Positions 27,678-37,172 of a DNA stretch of 64,000 nt are shown piece by piece. The position numbers and the translations under genes were made by a program. The stretch covers positions 384,001 to 448,000 of the forward strand of contig CAVVXN010000001.1 of assembly GCA_963752285.1 (NCBI GenBank), written 5' to 3'. The stretch's first letter is position 1; the number at the start of each line of letters is the position of its first letter. The notes below the pieces were generated by a model. It was not told the origin of the DNA. It did not search any database and saw only the letters and a program-made list of their open reading frames with translations. Origin of the DNA: an uncultured Planctomycetota bacterium. Lineage in GTDB: Bacteria > Planctomycetota > PLA2 > JAEUHO01.

Positions 27678-28610
27678 GTGATGCGCGCCCCTCTCTTCTG
27701 GCTCTCCACCACCCTGATCGCGGGACCGGCTCTGTGGGTCGGGATCCCGCTCCTCGCGCCGGCTCGGGCCGATCGGTCCGGGTCGGCTTCGACCCGCGCG
27801 CCCGTCCGTCCGGTCCCGCCTTCGTCTCCCGGCCTCGAGCCCCTCGCCGACGTCGCGCCCGGGCTCTCGTTCGATCTTCGGGCGCTCTCGCTCGGTCGGG
27901 TCGAGGCCGGGACCCGGCGGTCCTTCGAGGTCCCCTGGCGGCGCACCGGACCGGGGGCGCTCGGGGTGCTCGCGGTCCGGGCCGGCTGCGGGTGCCTCGA
28001 GGTGGGCGCCCTGCCCCGCGTGATCGGTGCGGGAGCGTCCGGCATGCTCACGGCCGCGCTCCGCGCGCCGGCGCGCCCGGGCCCGTTCCGCGTGGGCGTC
28101 CACGTCGTGACCGACGTCCCGCCCCCGGGTCGCGCGGTCTTCCGGGCGGAGGTGGAGGGCTACGTCGAGCGCCCGCTCGCCGCCCGGCCCACGGTCGTGG
28201 ACCTCGGGCCCCGCCGGCCCGGGGTCCGGGCACGCGCCGACGTCCTCCTCGTGGCGACCCGGGCCGCCGCCGGGACCGCGCCCGCCGTCGCCCTGGAGGG
28301 GATCGCGGGCACGGCGACCCTCTCCGAACCCGTGGTCCGCGCGGGCTCGGGCTGGCGCCTCCGCATCGAGGTGGTCGTCCCCGAGCGACCGGGCGCGTTC
28401 TGGGGTTCGGTCCGCGTGGACGGCGCCGTGTCGTTCCGGGTCCCGGTGCGCGGCGACGTCGTGGACGGTCCCGTCGCCGGAGGTCCCGCCGGGGGTCTCG
28501 CCGCGGACCCCGCCGCGGATCCCGGCGCGGAGGAGCGGCCCGGGAGCGGCGTCGCCCCGTCGGGACCGGCCGCCGGCGGTCCCGCGCCTCGGGACCGCGC
28601 GGTCAGATGA
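27678..28610 (+). CDS. Exported protein with DUF1573-like Ig domains
   Basis: N-terminal hydrophobic segment; AGCGCL motif in a beta-sandwich pattern; second Ig-like domain (PTVVDLG). Confidence 0.6.
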   Translation: MMRAPLFWLSTTLIAGPALWVGIPLLAPARADRSGSASTRAPVRPVPPSSPGLEPLADVAPGLSFDLRALSLGRVEAGTRRSFEVPWRRTGPGALGVLAVRAGCGCLEVGALPRVIGAGASGMLTAALRAPARPGPFRVGVHVVTDVPPPGRAVFRAEVEGYVERPLAARPTVVDLGPRRPGVRARADVLLVATRAAAGTAPAVALEGIAGTATLSEPVVRAGSGWRLRIEVVVPERPGAFWGSVRVDGAVSFRVPVRGDVVDGPVAGGPAGGLAADPAADPGAEERPGSGVAPSGPAAGGPAPRDRAVR

Positions 28611-29796
28611 CGCCGAGTCGCTTCCCGACCCGGGTGAACGCGCCGATCGCGCGGTCCACGTCCTCGGGGGCGTGGGCGGCCGACAGCTGCACGCGGATCC
28701 GCGCCTTCCCCTTGGGTACGACGGGGTAGGAGAACCCGATGACGTAGATCCCCTCCTTCAAGAGGTCGTCCGCCATCTGCATGCTGAGGCGTGCGTCGCC
28801 GAGCATGATCGGGACGATCGGGTGCACGCCGGGACGGATCGCGAAGCCGGCGGCCGCCATGCCGTCGCGGAACCGGGTCGTGTTCTGTTCGAGGCGGTCC
28901 CTGAGCTCCGTGGTCTTGGACAGGAGCTCGAGGCACGCGATGGACGCGGCCACGAGCGTCGGTGCGACGCTGTTCGAGAAGAGGTAGGGTCGCGACCGCT
29001 GGCGGAGCAGGTCCACGACCTCCTTCTTCGCGGCCGTGAACCCGCCGCTCGCGCCCCCGAGGGCCTTCCCGAGGGTGGAGGTGACCACGTCGATCCGGCC
29101 CCCGACCCCGCAGTGCTCCCAGGAGCCGCGTCCCGTCCGGCCGAGGAACCCGGTGGCGTGGCAGTCGTCGATCATCACCATCGCCTCGTATCGCTCCGCG
29201 AGGTCGCAGATCTCGCCGAGGGGCGCGATGTCGCCGTCCATCGAGAACACGCCGTCGGTCGCGATCATGATGCGCCGGGCGCCGCCCGCCCGTGCCTCCT
29301 CGAGACGCTGGGCGAGGTCCGCCATGTCGAGGTGGGCGTACCGGTAGCGGCGGGCCTTGCAGAGTCGGATGCCGTCGATGATCGAGGCGTGGTTCAGCTC
29401 GTCGCTCACGATCGCGTCGTCCGCGCCGAGCAGCACCTCGAAGAGCCCGCCGTTCGCGTCGAAGCACGCCGCGTAGAGGATCGAGTCCTCGAGGCCGAGG
29501 AACGCCGCGATTCGCTGCTCGAGCTCCTTGTGGATGTCCTGCGTCCCGCAGATGAACCGCACGGAAGCCAGACCGAACCCGCGCTCGTCGAGCGCGCGCC
29601 GCGCGGCCGCGATCAGCGTGGGATGGTTCGCGAGGCCGAGGTAGTTGTTCGCGCAGAAGTTCACGACCTCCTGGCCGCCGCGAACCGTGATGTGCGCGTC
29701 CTGGGGGCTCGTGATGATGCGTTCGTGTTTCGCGAGGCCGGCGGACTCGATCTCTTCGAGCTCGGACTGGAGAGACGGCTTGACGCTCGTGTACAT
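28603..29796 (-). CDS. kbl: Glycine C-acetyltransferase (2-amino-3-ketobutyrate CoA ligase)
   Basis: [74 protein letters not shown]. Confidence 0.96.
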   Translation of the reverse strand: MYTSVKPSLQSELEEIESAGLAKHERIITSPQDAHITVRGGQEVVNFCANNYLGLANHPTLIAAARRALDERGFGLASVRFICGTQDIHKELEQRIAAFLGLEDSILYAACFDANGGLFEVLLGADDAIVSDELNHASIIDGIRLCKARRYRYAHLDMADLAQRLEEARAGGARRIMIATDGVFSMDGDIAPLGEICDLAERYEAMVMIDDCHATGFLGRTGRGSWEHCGVGGRIDVVTSTLGKALGGASGGFTAAKKEVVDLLRQRSRPYLFSNSVAPTLVAASIACLELLSKTTELRDRLEQNTTRFRDGMAAAGFAIRPGVHPIVPIMLGDARLSMQMADDLLKEGIYVIGFSYPVVPKGKARIRVQLSAAHAPEDVDRAIGAFTRVGKRLGVI

Positions 29797-29868
29797 GGGT
29801 CCTCCTCGAGGTCCGGCGCGTGGCGGGCCCGTCGTGCGAAGGGCCCGCCGTCGCGTCGCCTCCCGTGT

Positions 29869-30531
29869 CTACCACGCCGGGGCCGAAGGGGGCGTGTCGG
29901 GCGCGGCTGGTCGCGACGGGGGCGGAGACGGCGTCCGCGCCCGGCCGATGCGGAGCGTGCGCCCCCACCACGGTCGCGCGTAGCTGGCGAGCCGGCGGTA
30001 CAGCCGCCCGGTCGCGTCGCTCGTGCCGGCGAGCCGGCCCGGCGACTCGAGGGGTTCCGTCGAGAGCGTGGCCACCCAGTCGCCGAGGTCGCGTGGCTCG
30101 AGCGCGCGTTCCAGCGCGCCGAGCACGATCGGCGCCGTTGCCGCGACGGCTCGAGCGACCGCTTGCTCTTCCGCGCCGGTCCGCTCCGCGATCCACCGTA
30201 CCGCGCGGGGGCCGGCGTCGCCGAGCAGCCCGCCGAGACGTGGTGACACGGGGTCGCGCGCCAGACGACCGGCGATGCCCAGCTCGGGGGCGGCCACGTC
30301 CATGGGACGTCCGTACTTCTTCACGACCTCGAACGCGGCGCGGGCGTTCAGCGGACGCCGTCGCGTGCGGAGCGCGAGCCCGCTCGGCACGAGACCGGAC
30401 GTCGTCGCGTAGGCCTCCGCGGCCGCCCGGCGGGAGAGGTCGAGCTCGCGACACAGGCCGCGGACGGTCGCTGCCGCCGCGCGGACGAGGACGCGCTCCA
30501 CGCGACGGTGCGCCAACGTCGGCTCCAACAT
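29869..30531 (-). CDS. Hypothetical helical protein, weakly DUF937-like
   Basis: LGGLLG...IAERTG....VARAVAATAPIVLGAL resembles DUF937; fills the gap between kbl and the divergent gene. Confidence 0.45.
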   Translation of the reverse strand: MLEPTLAHRRVERVLVRAAAATVRGLCRELDLSRRAAAEAYATTSGLVPSGLALRTRRRPLNARAAFEVVKKYGRPMDVAAPELGIAGRLARDPVSPRLGGLLGDAGPRAVRWIAERTGAEEQAVARAVAATAPIVLGALERALEPRDLGDWVATLSTEPLESPGRLAGTSDATGRLYRRLASYARPWWGRTLRIGRARTPSPPPSRPAAPDTPPSAPAW

Positions 30532-30578
30532 GGCGCACAGACTGCATCCGGCGCCGGACGTGGGCAAGTGGTGGGTGG

Positions 30579-30584
30579 TACCCT
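30579..30584 (+). promoter_or_regulatory. Putative -10 box (TACCCT) 7 nt before ATG 30592
   Basis: GG-TACCCT-CTTCGAG-ATG. Confidence 0.45.
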
Positions 30585-30591
30585 CTTCGAG

Positions 30592-31950
30592 ATGCACGGC
30601 GCGCGACGGATCCTCCTGGTCGTCCTCGTGCTCGTGGGCCCGGGGTTTGCGACGCGCGCGCTCGCGGACGGTTGGGACGACGCCCGGAACGCCTTCCACG
30701 AGAGCATGCGGTCGCCGGAGTGGAAGAAGCGCCGGGACGCCCTCCTGCTCCTCTCGGACTACGACGGCCAGGAGGCCGTCGAGGAGATCCTCCCCGCGGC
30801 CGCCCGCGACCCGAGCCCCGCCGTGGCGGGGGCCGCGATCGAGGTGCTCCGCCTGTACGCGTCGAGCTCGGCGCGCGACGCGCTCGTCGAGGTCGCGCGG
30901 GACGGAAAGGGACGCGAGCGCCTGCTGGCCCTCGTGGCGCTCGAGACGGGGAAGGGGCCGGAGGTCACGCGTCTCCTCCTCGAGGTCGCGGCCGGCAAGG
31001 ACGCCGAGGCCGCCGCCCAGGCGGCGCTGGACCTCGGTCGCTCGCCCGAGCCGCACCCCGGCGCGGCGCCCGTGCTGATCGACCTCCTCGCGCACAAGGA
31101 CTGGCAGGTGCGCGCCGCGGCAGCGCGCTCGCTCGCCCGGCGCCCGGACGAGAGCGCCGTCCCGGCGCTCGTGCGCGCGCTCGACGTCGCGAAGGGCCGG
31201 GACCGCGCCGACGTGATCGTGGCGCTCGAGACGACCACGAAGCAGGCGTACGGGAACGACGCGGCCGCGTGGAAGCGTCTCGCCGGCGGACAGGATCCCG
31301 CGACGATCAAGGCGCATCCCGAGCTCCCCCCGTCGGCGTTCGGAATCCCGATCTACGGCCAGCGCGTGGTCGTCGTGCTCGACGACAGTCTCCGGATGGG
31401 CGACCCCCACCCGTTCGACGCGGACCGTCTGCGCGCGCTCTCCGACCCGCCCGACGGCGCGGCGATCCCATGGTTTCGCGTGAAGACGAACGGCCAGTTC
31501 GCGATCAGCCACGTGCGCCACCTCGTCCACGGCATGCCGCGCGGCTCGAAGATCGGCCTGATCACGGTCAACGCCCAGGTCACGGACGCGCTCTCGGGTT
31601 TCGTGAACGCGGGCGCCTCGGCCTCGCGCCGCGCCGACGAGGTCCTCGACGGGCTCGTCCCCGACGACGGCCTGGACACGCTGGGCGCGCTCGACCGCGC
31701 GCTCGACTTCGCCGGCGACAAGGACGCGACGGCGTGGAACCGGGGGCCCGACGAGATCCTCTTCGTCACGGTGAACATGCCGCTGACGGGCGACGTGCGC
31801 GAGGCGGACGTAGTCGCCGCCGCGATCGGGCTGCGGGCGCGGCTCCGGATGGTCACGATCGACACCGTCGGCATCCACTTCCACCCGTACGACATGTGTC
31901 GGGCGCTGGCCGAGCGCACCGGCGGTACCTACGTCGACCTCGTGAAGTGA
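30592..31950 (+). CDS. Exported HEAT-repeat protein with C-terminal vWA-like domain
   Basis: Signal peptide (ALA/D); HEAT repeats (DWQVRAAAARSL, AVPALVRAL); FGIPIYGQRVVVVLDDSLRM; DEILFVT; IDTVGI. Confidence 0.78.
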   Translation: MHGARRILLVVLVLVGPGFATRALADGWDDARNAFHESMRSPEWKKRRDALLLLSDYDGQEAVEEILPAAARDPSPAVAGAAIEVLRLYASSSARDALVEVARDGKGRERLLALVALETGKGPEVTRLLLEVAAGKDAEAAAQAALDLGRSPEPHPGAAPVLIDLLAHKDWQVRAAAARSLARRPDESAVPALVRALDVAKGRDRADVIVALETTTKQAYGNDAAAWKRLAGGQDPATIKAHPELPPSAFGIPIYGQRVVVVLDDSLRMGDPHPFDADRLRALSDPPDGAAIPWFRVKTNGQFAISHVRHLVHGMPRGSKIGLITVNAQVTDALSGFVNAGASASRRADEVLDGLVPDDGLDTLGALDRALDFAGDKDATAWNRGPDEILFVTVNMPLTGDVREADVVAAAIGLRARLRMVTIDTVGIHFHPYDMCRALAERTGGTYVDLVK

Positions 31951-32027
31951 CGGGGGGCGGCCGCCGGGCCCCGCGGTGCCCCGCCGGCGGGCCGTTGCGG
32001 TAGGATCGCGGGGGACGGAGGTGTTCC

Positions 32028-32966
32028 ATGCGTCGCCGCGTCCTCGGCTCGTCGCTGCTCGTCGTCCTCTCGATCGCCTGGGCGGGCCCGGCCGCCCGCG
32101 CGGGCGACGACGTCCCGCCCGCGCCGAACGCCGCCGACGCGAAGACACCGCCGCCGGAGAAGCCGATCCCGCCTCTGGCCTCGGACGACGAGGCCCAGGC
32201 GGCGCTCGCGGCGTTCAAGCCGGCCTACCGCGCGAAGGGGTTCAAGGGGGACGAGAGGACCGCCGTCCGCGAGCGCGCCATGCACGATCTGGCCGACGTG
32301 CAGCACCCCGGGGTCTGCGACGCGCTCTACCGGCTCACGAAGGACCACGACGCCGACATCCGCACGCTCGCGGTCATGTACCTCGGCGCGCAGCGCGCGT
32401 TGCCCGGCTACGCGGGCCCGCTCGTCGTGAAGGCGATCAGGGCGAACGCGAAGGACGCCGTCCTCGTGATGTGCGGGGTGGACGCGCTGGAGGACCTCGC
32501 GTACCGCGGCGCCGTGGACCTGCTCCATGATCTCGAGTCGAACAAGGACGACATGGTGCGGAAGGTGATCATCCTGGCCATCGGCGACACGGTCGAGATG
32601 AGGATGATCGACGACCTCCTCGAGATGGCGAAGAACGTCAAGATCGACAAGGCGTCCAAGACGGAAGGCCACGAGGTCCACTACGACTCGGGCGCGGCCG
32701 GCGACGCCGACCAGAAAGCGGCGGAGAAGATGTACCACGACAAGTACGGCAAGTCGGCGCACAAGGCGCGCAGCGCCGGGCGCGCCTCCCGCGACATCGG
32801 TCCGATCATCCTCGAGGCGCTGAAACACCTGACCGGACAGGACTTCGAGAGCGGGCAGGCCGCGAAGGCGTGGGCGGAGAAGCACGCCGACGAGATCTCC
32901 GCCCGGAAGAAGGCGCTCGACGACGTGGAGAAGCAGCAGGCCGAGGCGGCCGCCGCCCTGAGGTAG
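32028..32966 (+). CDS. Exported HEAT-repeat-like helical protein
   Basis: GGAGG RBS; signal peptide; HEAT-like helices; EALKHLTGQDF...W motif. Confidence 0.7.
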   Translation: MRRRVLGSSLLVVLSIAWAGPAARAGDDVPPAPNAADAKTPPPEKPIPPLASDDEAQAALAAFKPAYRAKGFKGDERTAVRERAMHDLADVQHPGVCDALYRLTKDHDADIRTLAVMYLGAQRALPGYAGPLVVKAIRANAKDAVLVMCGVDALEDLAYRGAVDLLHDLESNKDDMVRKVIILAIGDTVEMRMIDDLLEMAKNVKIDKASKTEGHEVHYDSGAAGDADQKAAEKMYHDKYGKSAHKARSAGRASRDIGPIILEALKHLTGQDFESGQAAKAWAEKHADEISARKKALDDVEKQQAEAAAALR

Positions 32967-33026
32967 CGGTCCAAGATCGGCCCGCTGCGCCACGTCGCGC
33001 CGCGCGTCGCGGGACGGAGGCGCCCC

Positions 33027-34346
33027 TCACCGCGGCGGCGCGGCGAGCATCGCCTCGAGCATGGCGCGGACCGTCTGCTGGGCCTCGCAGTCCACGATCC
33101 AGTCGTCGCGGCCCGCGTTCGCGCCGGCGCTCGAGGCGCCACAGCCGTCGAGGTGCAGGAGGAGCCCCGACACGATGGACGCGGGGCCTGCCTCTCGCCC
33201 GGCGTGGAGCATCACCTCGACGACGCGCAGCCGCGCGAGGATCGCCGCGCGGCGGCCGCGCGTGTCGAAGGCGTCGGCGGGGAGCCCGGCCACGTAGCGC
33301 GCGATCGCCTCCGGGGTCGGAGGGGGAGGCTGGCCTTCCGTCGTCCTTCGGGTCGCGACGAAGCCGCCGCGCGTCGAACCGGGGAGGGCGAGGAACGACC
33401 GGAGCGTCTCGCCGGTGCGCGCGCTGAACGCCTTCACGTGCGCGGCGCCGCCCGGTCCGGAGCAGGTCACCACGTCCGCTTGGCCGTCGCCGTCCACGTC
33501 GCCGGTCGCGACGCGGACCCCGCCGGTGAAGGCCGGGTCGTACGCGAAGAAGGAGAGCAACAGGCTGCCGTCGGCGCTCGAGAAGGCCTTCACGTGTGGC
33601 GGGCCGGCATCGACGCCCGTGACGACGTCGTCCAGCCCGTCGCCGTTCACGTCGCCCGCGGCCACGAACACGCCGCCGGTGAACGAGGGATACGCCAGGA
33701 ACGAGAGCAGGACCTCGCCGTCCGATCCGCTGAAGGCGCGGACGTTCGAGGAGCCCCCGCGGCCGGGAGCCGTCACGATGTCGGTCGTCTGGTCGCCGTT
33801 CACGTCGCCCGCCGCGACGTGCACGCCCCCGAGGAAGCTCGGGTCGTAGGCGAAGAAGGAGCGGATCGTGGCGCCGTCCGTCCCGCGGAAGACCTTGACG
33901 TGCGGCCCGGCGCCCGGCCCGGCGCCCGTGATGACGTCCGCCTGCCCGTCGCCGTCGATGTCGCCCGCGGCGACGTAGACCCCTCCGCGGTATCCCGCGC
34001 CGTACGGGAAGAACGAGAGGAGGAGGGCGCCGGTCCGGCCGCTGTACACGTGGACCGTCGAGGGGGCCCCCGGACCGGTCCCGGTCACGACGTCGTCCAG
34101 CCCGTCGCCGTCCACGTCGCCCGCCGCCACGCGCACCCCGCCGAAGTAGGCCGGGCTGGCGGCGAAGAACGAGCTCACGAGCTCGCCCGAGTCGCCGAGG
34201 AAGACCTGGAGGTGCGGCGGCGCGCCGGCGTCCGCGCCGACGACGAAGTCCACCGCCGAGGCACCCTCCTCGGCCGCGAGGCCCCCGGGCGCCGCGCCGC
34301 AGAGCGCCAGGAACGAGAGCGGCACCACCCACGCGAACGTACGCAT
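33027..34346 (-). CDS. Exported FG-GAP repeat (integrin-alpha-like beta-propeller) protein with small helical C-terminal domain
   Basis: Five repeats of SFFAYDPxFxGGVxVAAGDVxGDGxxDVVTG; signal peptide; GGAGGAG RBS. Confidence 0.88.
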   Translation of the reverse strand: MRTFAWVVPLSFLALCGAAPGGLAAEEGASAVDFVVGADAGAPPHLQVFLGDSGELVSSFFAASPAYFGGVRVAAGDVDGDGLDDVVTGTGPGAPSTVHVYSGRTGALLLSFFPYGAGYRGGVYVAAGDIDGDGQADVITGAGPGAGPHVKVFRGTDGATIRSFFAYDPSFLGGVHVAAGDVNGDQTTDIVTAPGRGGSSNVRAFSGSDGEVLLSFLAYPSFTGGVFVAAGDVNGDGLDDVVTGVDAGPPHVKAFSSADGSLLLSFFAYDPAFTGGVRVATGDVDGDGQADVVTCSGPGGAAHVKAFSARTGETLRSFLALPGSTRGGFVATRRTTEGQPPPPTPEAIARYVAGLPADAFDTRGRRAAILARLRVVEVMLHAGREAGPASIVSGLLLHLDGCGASSAGANAGRDDWIVDCEAQQTVRAMLEAMLAAPPR

Positions 34347-34475
34347 CCTCTCCTCCTCCGTCGCGAGACCCGCCCCACGCTACCCGCGCCGGGGGGCCCG
34401 ACCCGCCGCCGCCGGCCCCCGCCCCGCCGCGCGTTCCGTGTACCCTGGCCGCCCCCCGTTCCCGAAGGAGCGCGC

Positions 34476-34727
34476 ATGGCCGACAAGGACAAGCGACTGC
34501 CCGAGAACGCGCCGGGCCGCTTCTACGTGGACGACCAGTGCATCGACTGCGACGCCTGCCGGGAGACGGCGCCCGAGTTCTTCACGCGGAGCGACGAGAA
34601 GGGGTACTCGTACGTGAAGAAGCAGCCCGAGGGACCCGGCGACGAGGACGCCTGCCAGGAGGCGTTGCAGGGCTGCCCCGTCGAGGCGATCGGGTCGGAC
34701 GGGACGGACGGGACGGACGGCGCCTAG
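34476..34727 (+). CDS. Ferredoxin (single [4Fe-4S]/[3Fe-4S] cluster)
   Basis: AAGGAG RBS; ENAPGRFYVDDQCIDCDAC...CPVEAIG. Confidence 0.93.
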   Translation: MADKDKRLPENAPGRFYVDDQCIDCDACRETAPEFFTRSDEKGYSYVKKQPEGPGDEDACQEALQGCPVEAIGSDGTDGTDGA

Positions 34728-34772
34728 GGAAGGACCCGCGGCGCGATCCGCGCCGGTCCCGGGGCGCGCGGG

Positions 34773-35780
34773 CTACGCGCCGAGGACCGAGAGGAAGAGC
34801 GCGCGCTGGATGTGGAGGCGGTTCGCGGCCTGCGCCTTCACGAGACTCGACGGCGAGTCGACCACGGCGTCGTCCGCCTCGACGTTCCGGCGGATCGGCA
34901 TGGCGTGCATGAACCGGGCCGCGCCGGTCTTCGCCATGAGCTCGCGCGTGATCCGCCGGTTCGCGTGCTGGCGGCGCAGGTCCCGCTCCTCGTCCGGACG
35001 CCCGTGCAAGATGGTCGAGCCCCACGCGGCCGCGTAGACGACGTCCGCGCCCTCCACGCCCTCTTCGAGGTCCTCGACCCAGCGCACCGACCCGCCCTCC
35101 TCCTCGGCGCTCCGCTCCATCGAGTCGCGCACGGCGGGGTCGAGGTCGTAGCCCTCGGGGTGGCAGACCGTCACGTGGAGGCCCATCTTGGCGGCCATCA
35201 CCCCGACGCCGTGGGGGACGGCGAGGGGGCGGGCCGTCGGGTGGTACGTCCACGCCAGGGTCAGGCGCCGCCCGCGCGTCTCGCCGAAGGTTTCCTCCAG
35301 CGTCAGGGCGTCGCCCCAGGCCTGGCAGGGGTGGTCGAGCACGCTCTCCATGTTGAAGATGGGCACGCCGGCGTACTTCTGGAACGAGACGATCACGGGG
35401 TCCCGCCGCTCCCGCGCCCAGTCGTCGTGACGGGCGAGCGCGCGGATCGCGATCACGTCCGCGTACTCCGAGAGGACGGCGGCCGCGTCGCGGACGTGCT
35501 CCTCGGGCACGCCGTCCATGACCGCGCCGTCGCGCATCTCCAGGGCCCAGATGTCGCGCGAGGCCACCATGTCCACGACCGTCCCTCCCAGGCTCGAGAA
35601 GGCGATCGTGAACGAGGCCCGGGTCCGGAGGGACGGGTCGAAGAACACCATCACGAGGGAGCGGCCCTGGAGGGGCTGGCCGTGGCCGTTCACCTTGAGG
35701 TCGCGCGCGCGGGCCGTCACCCACCGGATCTCCTCCGGGGTGAAGGTGTCGAGCGTGACGACGTCGCGACCCTGGATCAC
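34773..35780 (-). CDS. N-acetylornithine carbamoyltransferase-like (ArgF') transcarbamylase
   Basis: GTG 35780; FFDPSLRTRASF, WALE..GAVMDG..EEH, NMES..HPCQ, WTYHP, FMHAMPIRRNVE, QAANR. Confidence 0.85.
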   Translation of the reverse strand: MIQGRDVVTLDTFTPEEIRWVTARARDLKVNGHGQPLQGRSLVMVFFDPSLRTRASFTIAFSSLGGTVVDMVASRDIWALEMRDGAVMDGVPEEHVRDAAAVLSEYADVIAIRALARHDDWARERRDPVIVSFQKYAGVPIFNMESVLDHPCQAWGDALTLEETFGETRGRRLTLAWTYHPTARPLAVPHGVGVMAAKMGLHVTVCHPEGYDLDPAVRDSMERSAEEEGGSVRWVEDLEEGVEGADVVYAAAWGSTILHGRPDEERDLRRQHANRRITRELMAKTGAARFMHAMPIRRNVEADDAVVDSPSSLVKAQAANRLHIQRALFLSVLGA

Positions 35781-35833
35781 GCGGGGGAGGGTACACGGCG
35801 CGCTGCCCCGTGCGGAGGGGGGACCCGGCCTTG

Positions 35834-37057
35834 CTACTTCCGGGGGAAGCTCACGAGGTACCACTTCCCGTCCACCTCTCCGACCTCGAGGACGAGGCCG
35901 CTGTACGTGGCCGGGAACACGACCTCGACCGTCTGGTTGCCGGTGTCGCGCGTCACGAGCTCCTTCTCCACGGCGCGGAGGCCGGCCTCGACGCCGAGCC
36001 GCGGGTGCGGCTGGGCCGATCGGGCGATCTTCGCGAGGATCAGCTTCTCGAGCGTGTCCACGTCGGGATAGGGGCCGGCCTCGGGGTTCCCGGCGTGCTC
36101 CGCGTCGTAGGCCGCCTGCATCCGGGCGTGGACCGTGGGCCAGTGGACGATCTTCGCCAGGAGGTCCATGTCCGCCGTGCCCAGCGCGAGCGCGGTGGTG
36201 AGCGCCGCGCGCTGGGCCGACGGCGCGGGCGCCCCGAAGAAGTCCGTCTTGGTCCCGCTCTCCGGCCCCGGACGCGCGATCATGTCGGGGGCGTCCTTCC
36301 CCGGCTTCATGTGCAGCTCGAGCAGGTCTTTGCCCTCGGCCGCGTAGGCGGCCCGGACCTCGTTCCCCTCGCCCTTCGTGGCGTCGAGCCACGTCACCGC
36401 TCGCCCCCCGAGGTCGCCCGTCTCGCCGAGGGTGAGCTCGGCGGTCTCCAGCCCGTCGCCCTCTGGCTTCGGCTCGGGGTTCCAGAGGGTCGCCTCGTAC
36501 GTCCCCTTCCCGGGCAGGGACAGGCGCGCGAAGAGCAGCATCGAGGTGAGGGTCACCAGGCACGGGCCCTGGTGGGCCACCACGCGGTGCCCGGTCTTCA
36601 GGCCGTCGCCCTCGCCGATCCGGTCGTCGGCCACGAACCCGGCGTCCGTGTGGGTCCACGAGGTCTCGAAGACCGGACCCTGGGGGCTCCTCCCGGCGAG
36701 CTTCCCGCGGAGCGGGAGGAGATGGGCGTCGAGGATCACCTCGGCGTCGCGCCGCATCTGCCCGCCCATCAGGTTCAGGTGCTCCACCACCCGCCAGCCG
36801 CGCGCCCCCTCGCTCCCGCCGGTGGGCTCGGCCTTCATCTCGAGGGTCCCGATCGTCGCGGTCCCCACGTCGAGCGAGCCCTCGAAGGCGAGGCCGAGCT
36901 CGGCGGTCGGCGCGGGGAGGTGCGACAGCCGGTCCGCGAAGTGCGCGGCCGGGCTCGGCGCGGCCGCGGGCGGGTCGTCGGCCGAGGCCGGTCGCGCGAG
37001 GCCCGCGAGGGGCAGGAGGAGGAGTGTGGCGAGGGGGACGAGGCGAGGTCGGCGCAT
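35834..37057 (-). CDS. Hypothetical exported protein
   Basis: ATG after GGAG; signal peptide MRRPRLVPLATLLLLPLAGLARPASA; beta-rich N-terminal part; ends EVDGKWYLV. Confidence 0.65.
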   Translation of the reverse strand: MRRPRLVPLATLLLLPLAGLARPASADDPPAAAPSPAAHFADRLSHLPAPTAELGLAFEGSLDVGTATIGTLEMKAEPTGGSEGARGWRVVEHLNLMGGQMRRDAEVILDAHLLPLRGKLAGRSPQGPVFETSWTHTDAGFVADDRIGEGDGLKTGHRVVAHQGPCLVTLTSMLLFARLSLPGKGTYEATLWNPEPKPEGDGLETAELTLGETGDLGGRAVTWLDATKGEGNEVRAAYAAEGKDLLELHMKPGKDAPDMIARPGPESGTKTDFFGAPAPSAQRAALTTALALGTADMDLLAKIVHWPTVHARMQAAYDAEHAGNPEAGPYPDVDTLEKLILAKIARSAQPHPRLGVEAGLRAVEKELVTRDTGNQTVEVVFPATYSGLVLEVGEVDGKWYLVSFPRK

Positions 37058-37172
37058 GGCGTTCTCCCGGTCCGGGGACCTTACCGCCCGCCGAGGCCCG
37101 GAGACGCGGTGCGGACGGCGCCGGTCGGACGGTAGGATCGGGCCCCCGCCAGACGCGGGCCCCGAGGAGCCG

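Noticed and set aside
30531..30547. Sigma-54-like TGGCGC-N5-CTGCA upstream of the HEAT-vWA gene
   Set aside because: GG-N10-GC arises easily at this GC content, the match is imperfect, and a TAnnnT box 7 nt before the ATG fits the local pattern better
33400..34200. DNA-level periodic repeats in the FG-GAP gene
   Set aside because: Fully explained by the encoded protein repeats
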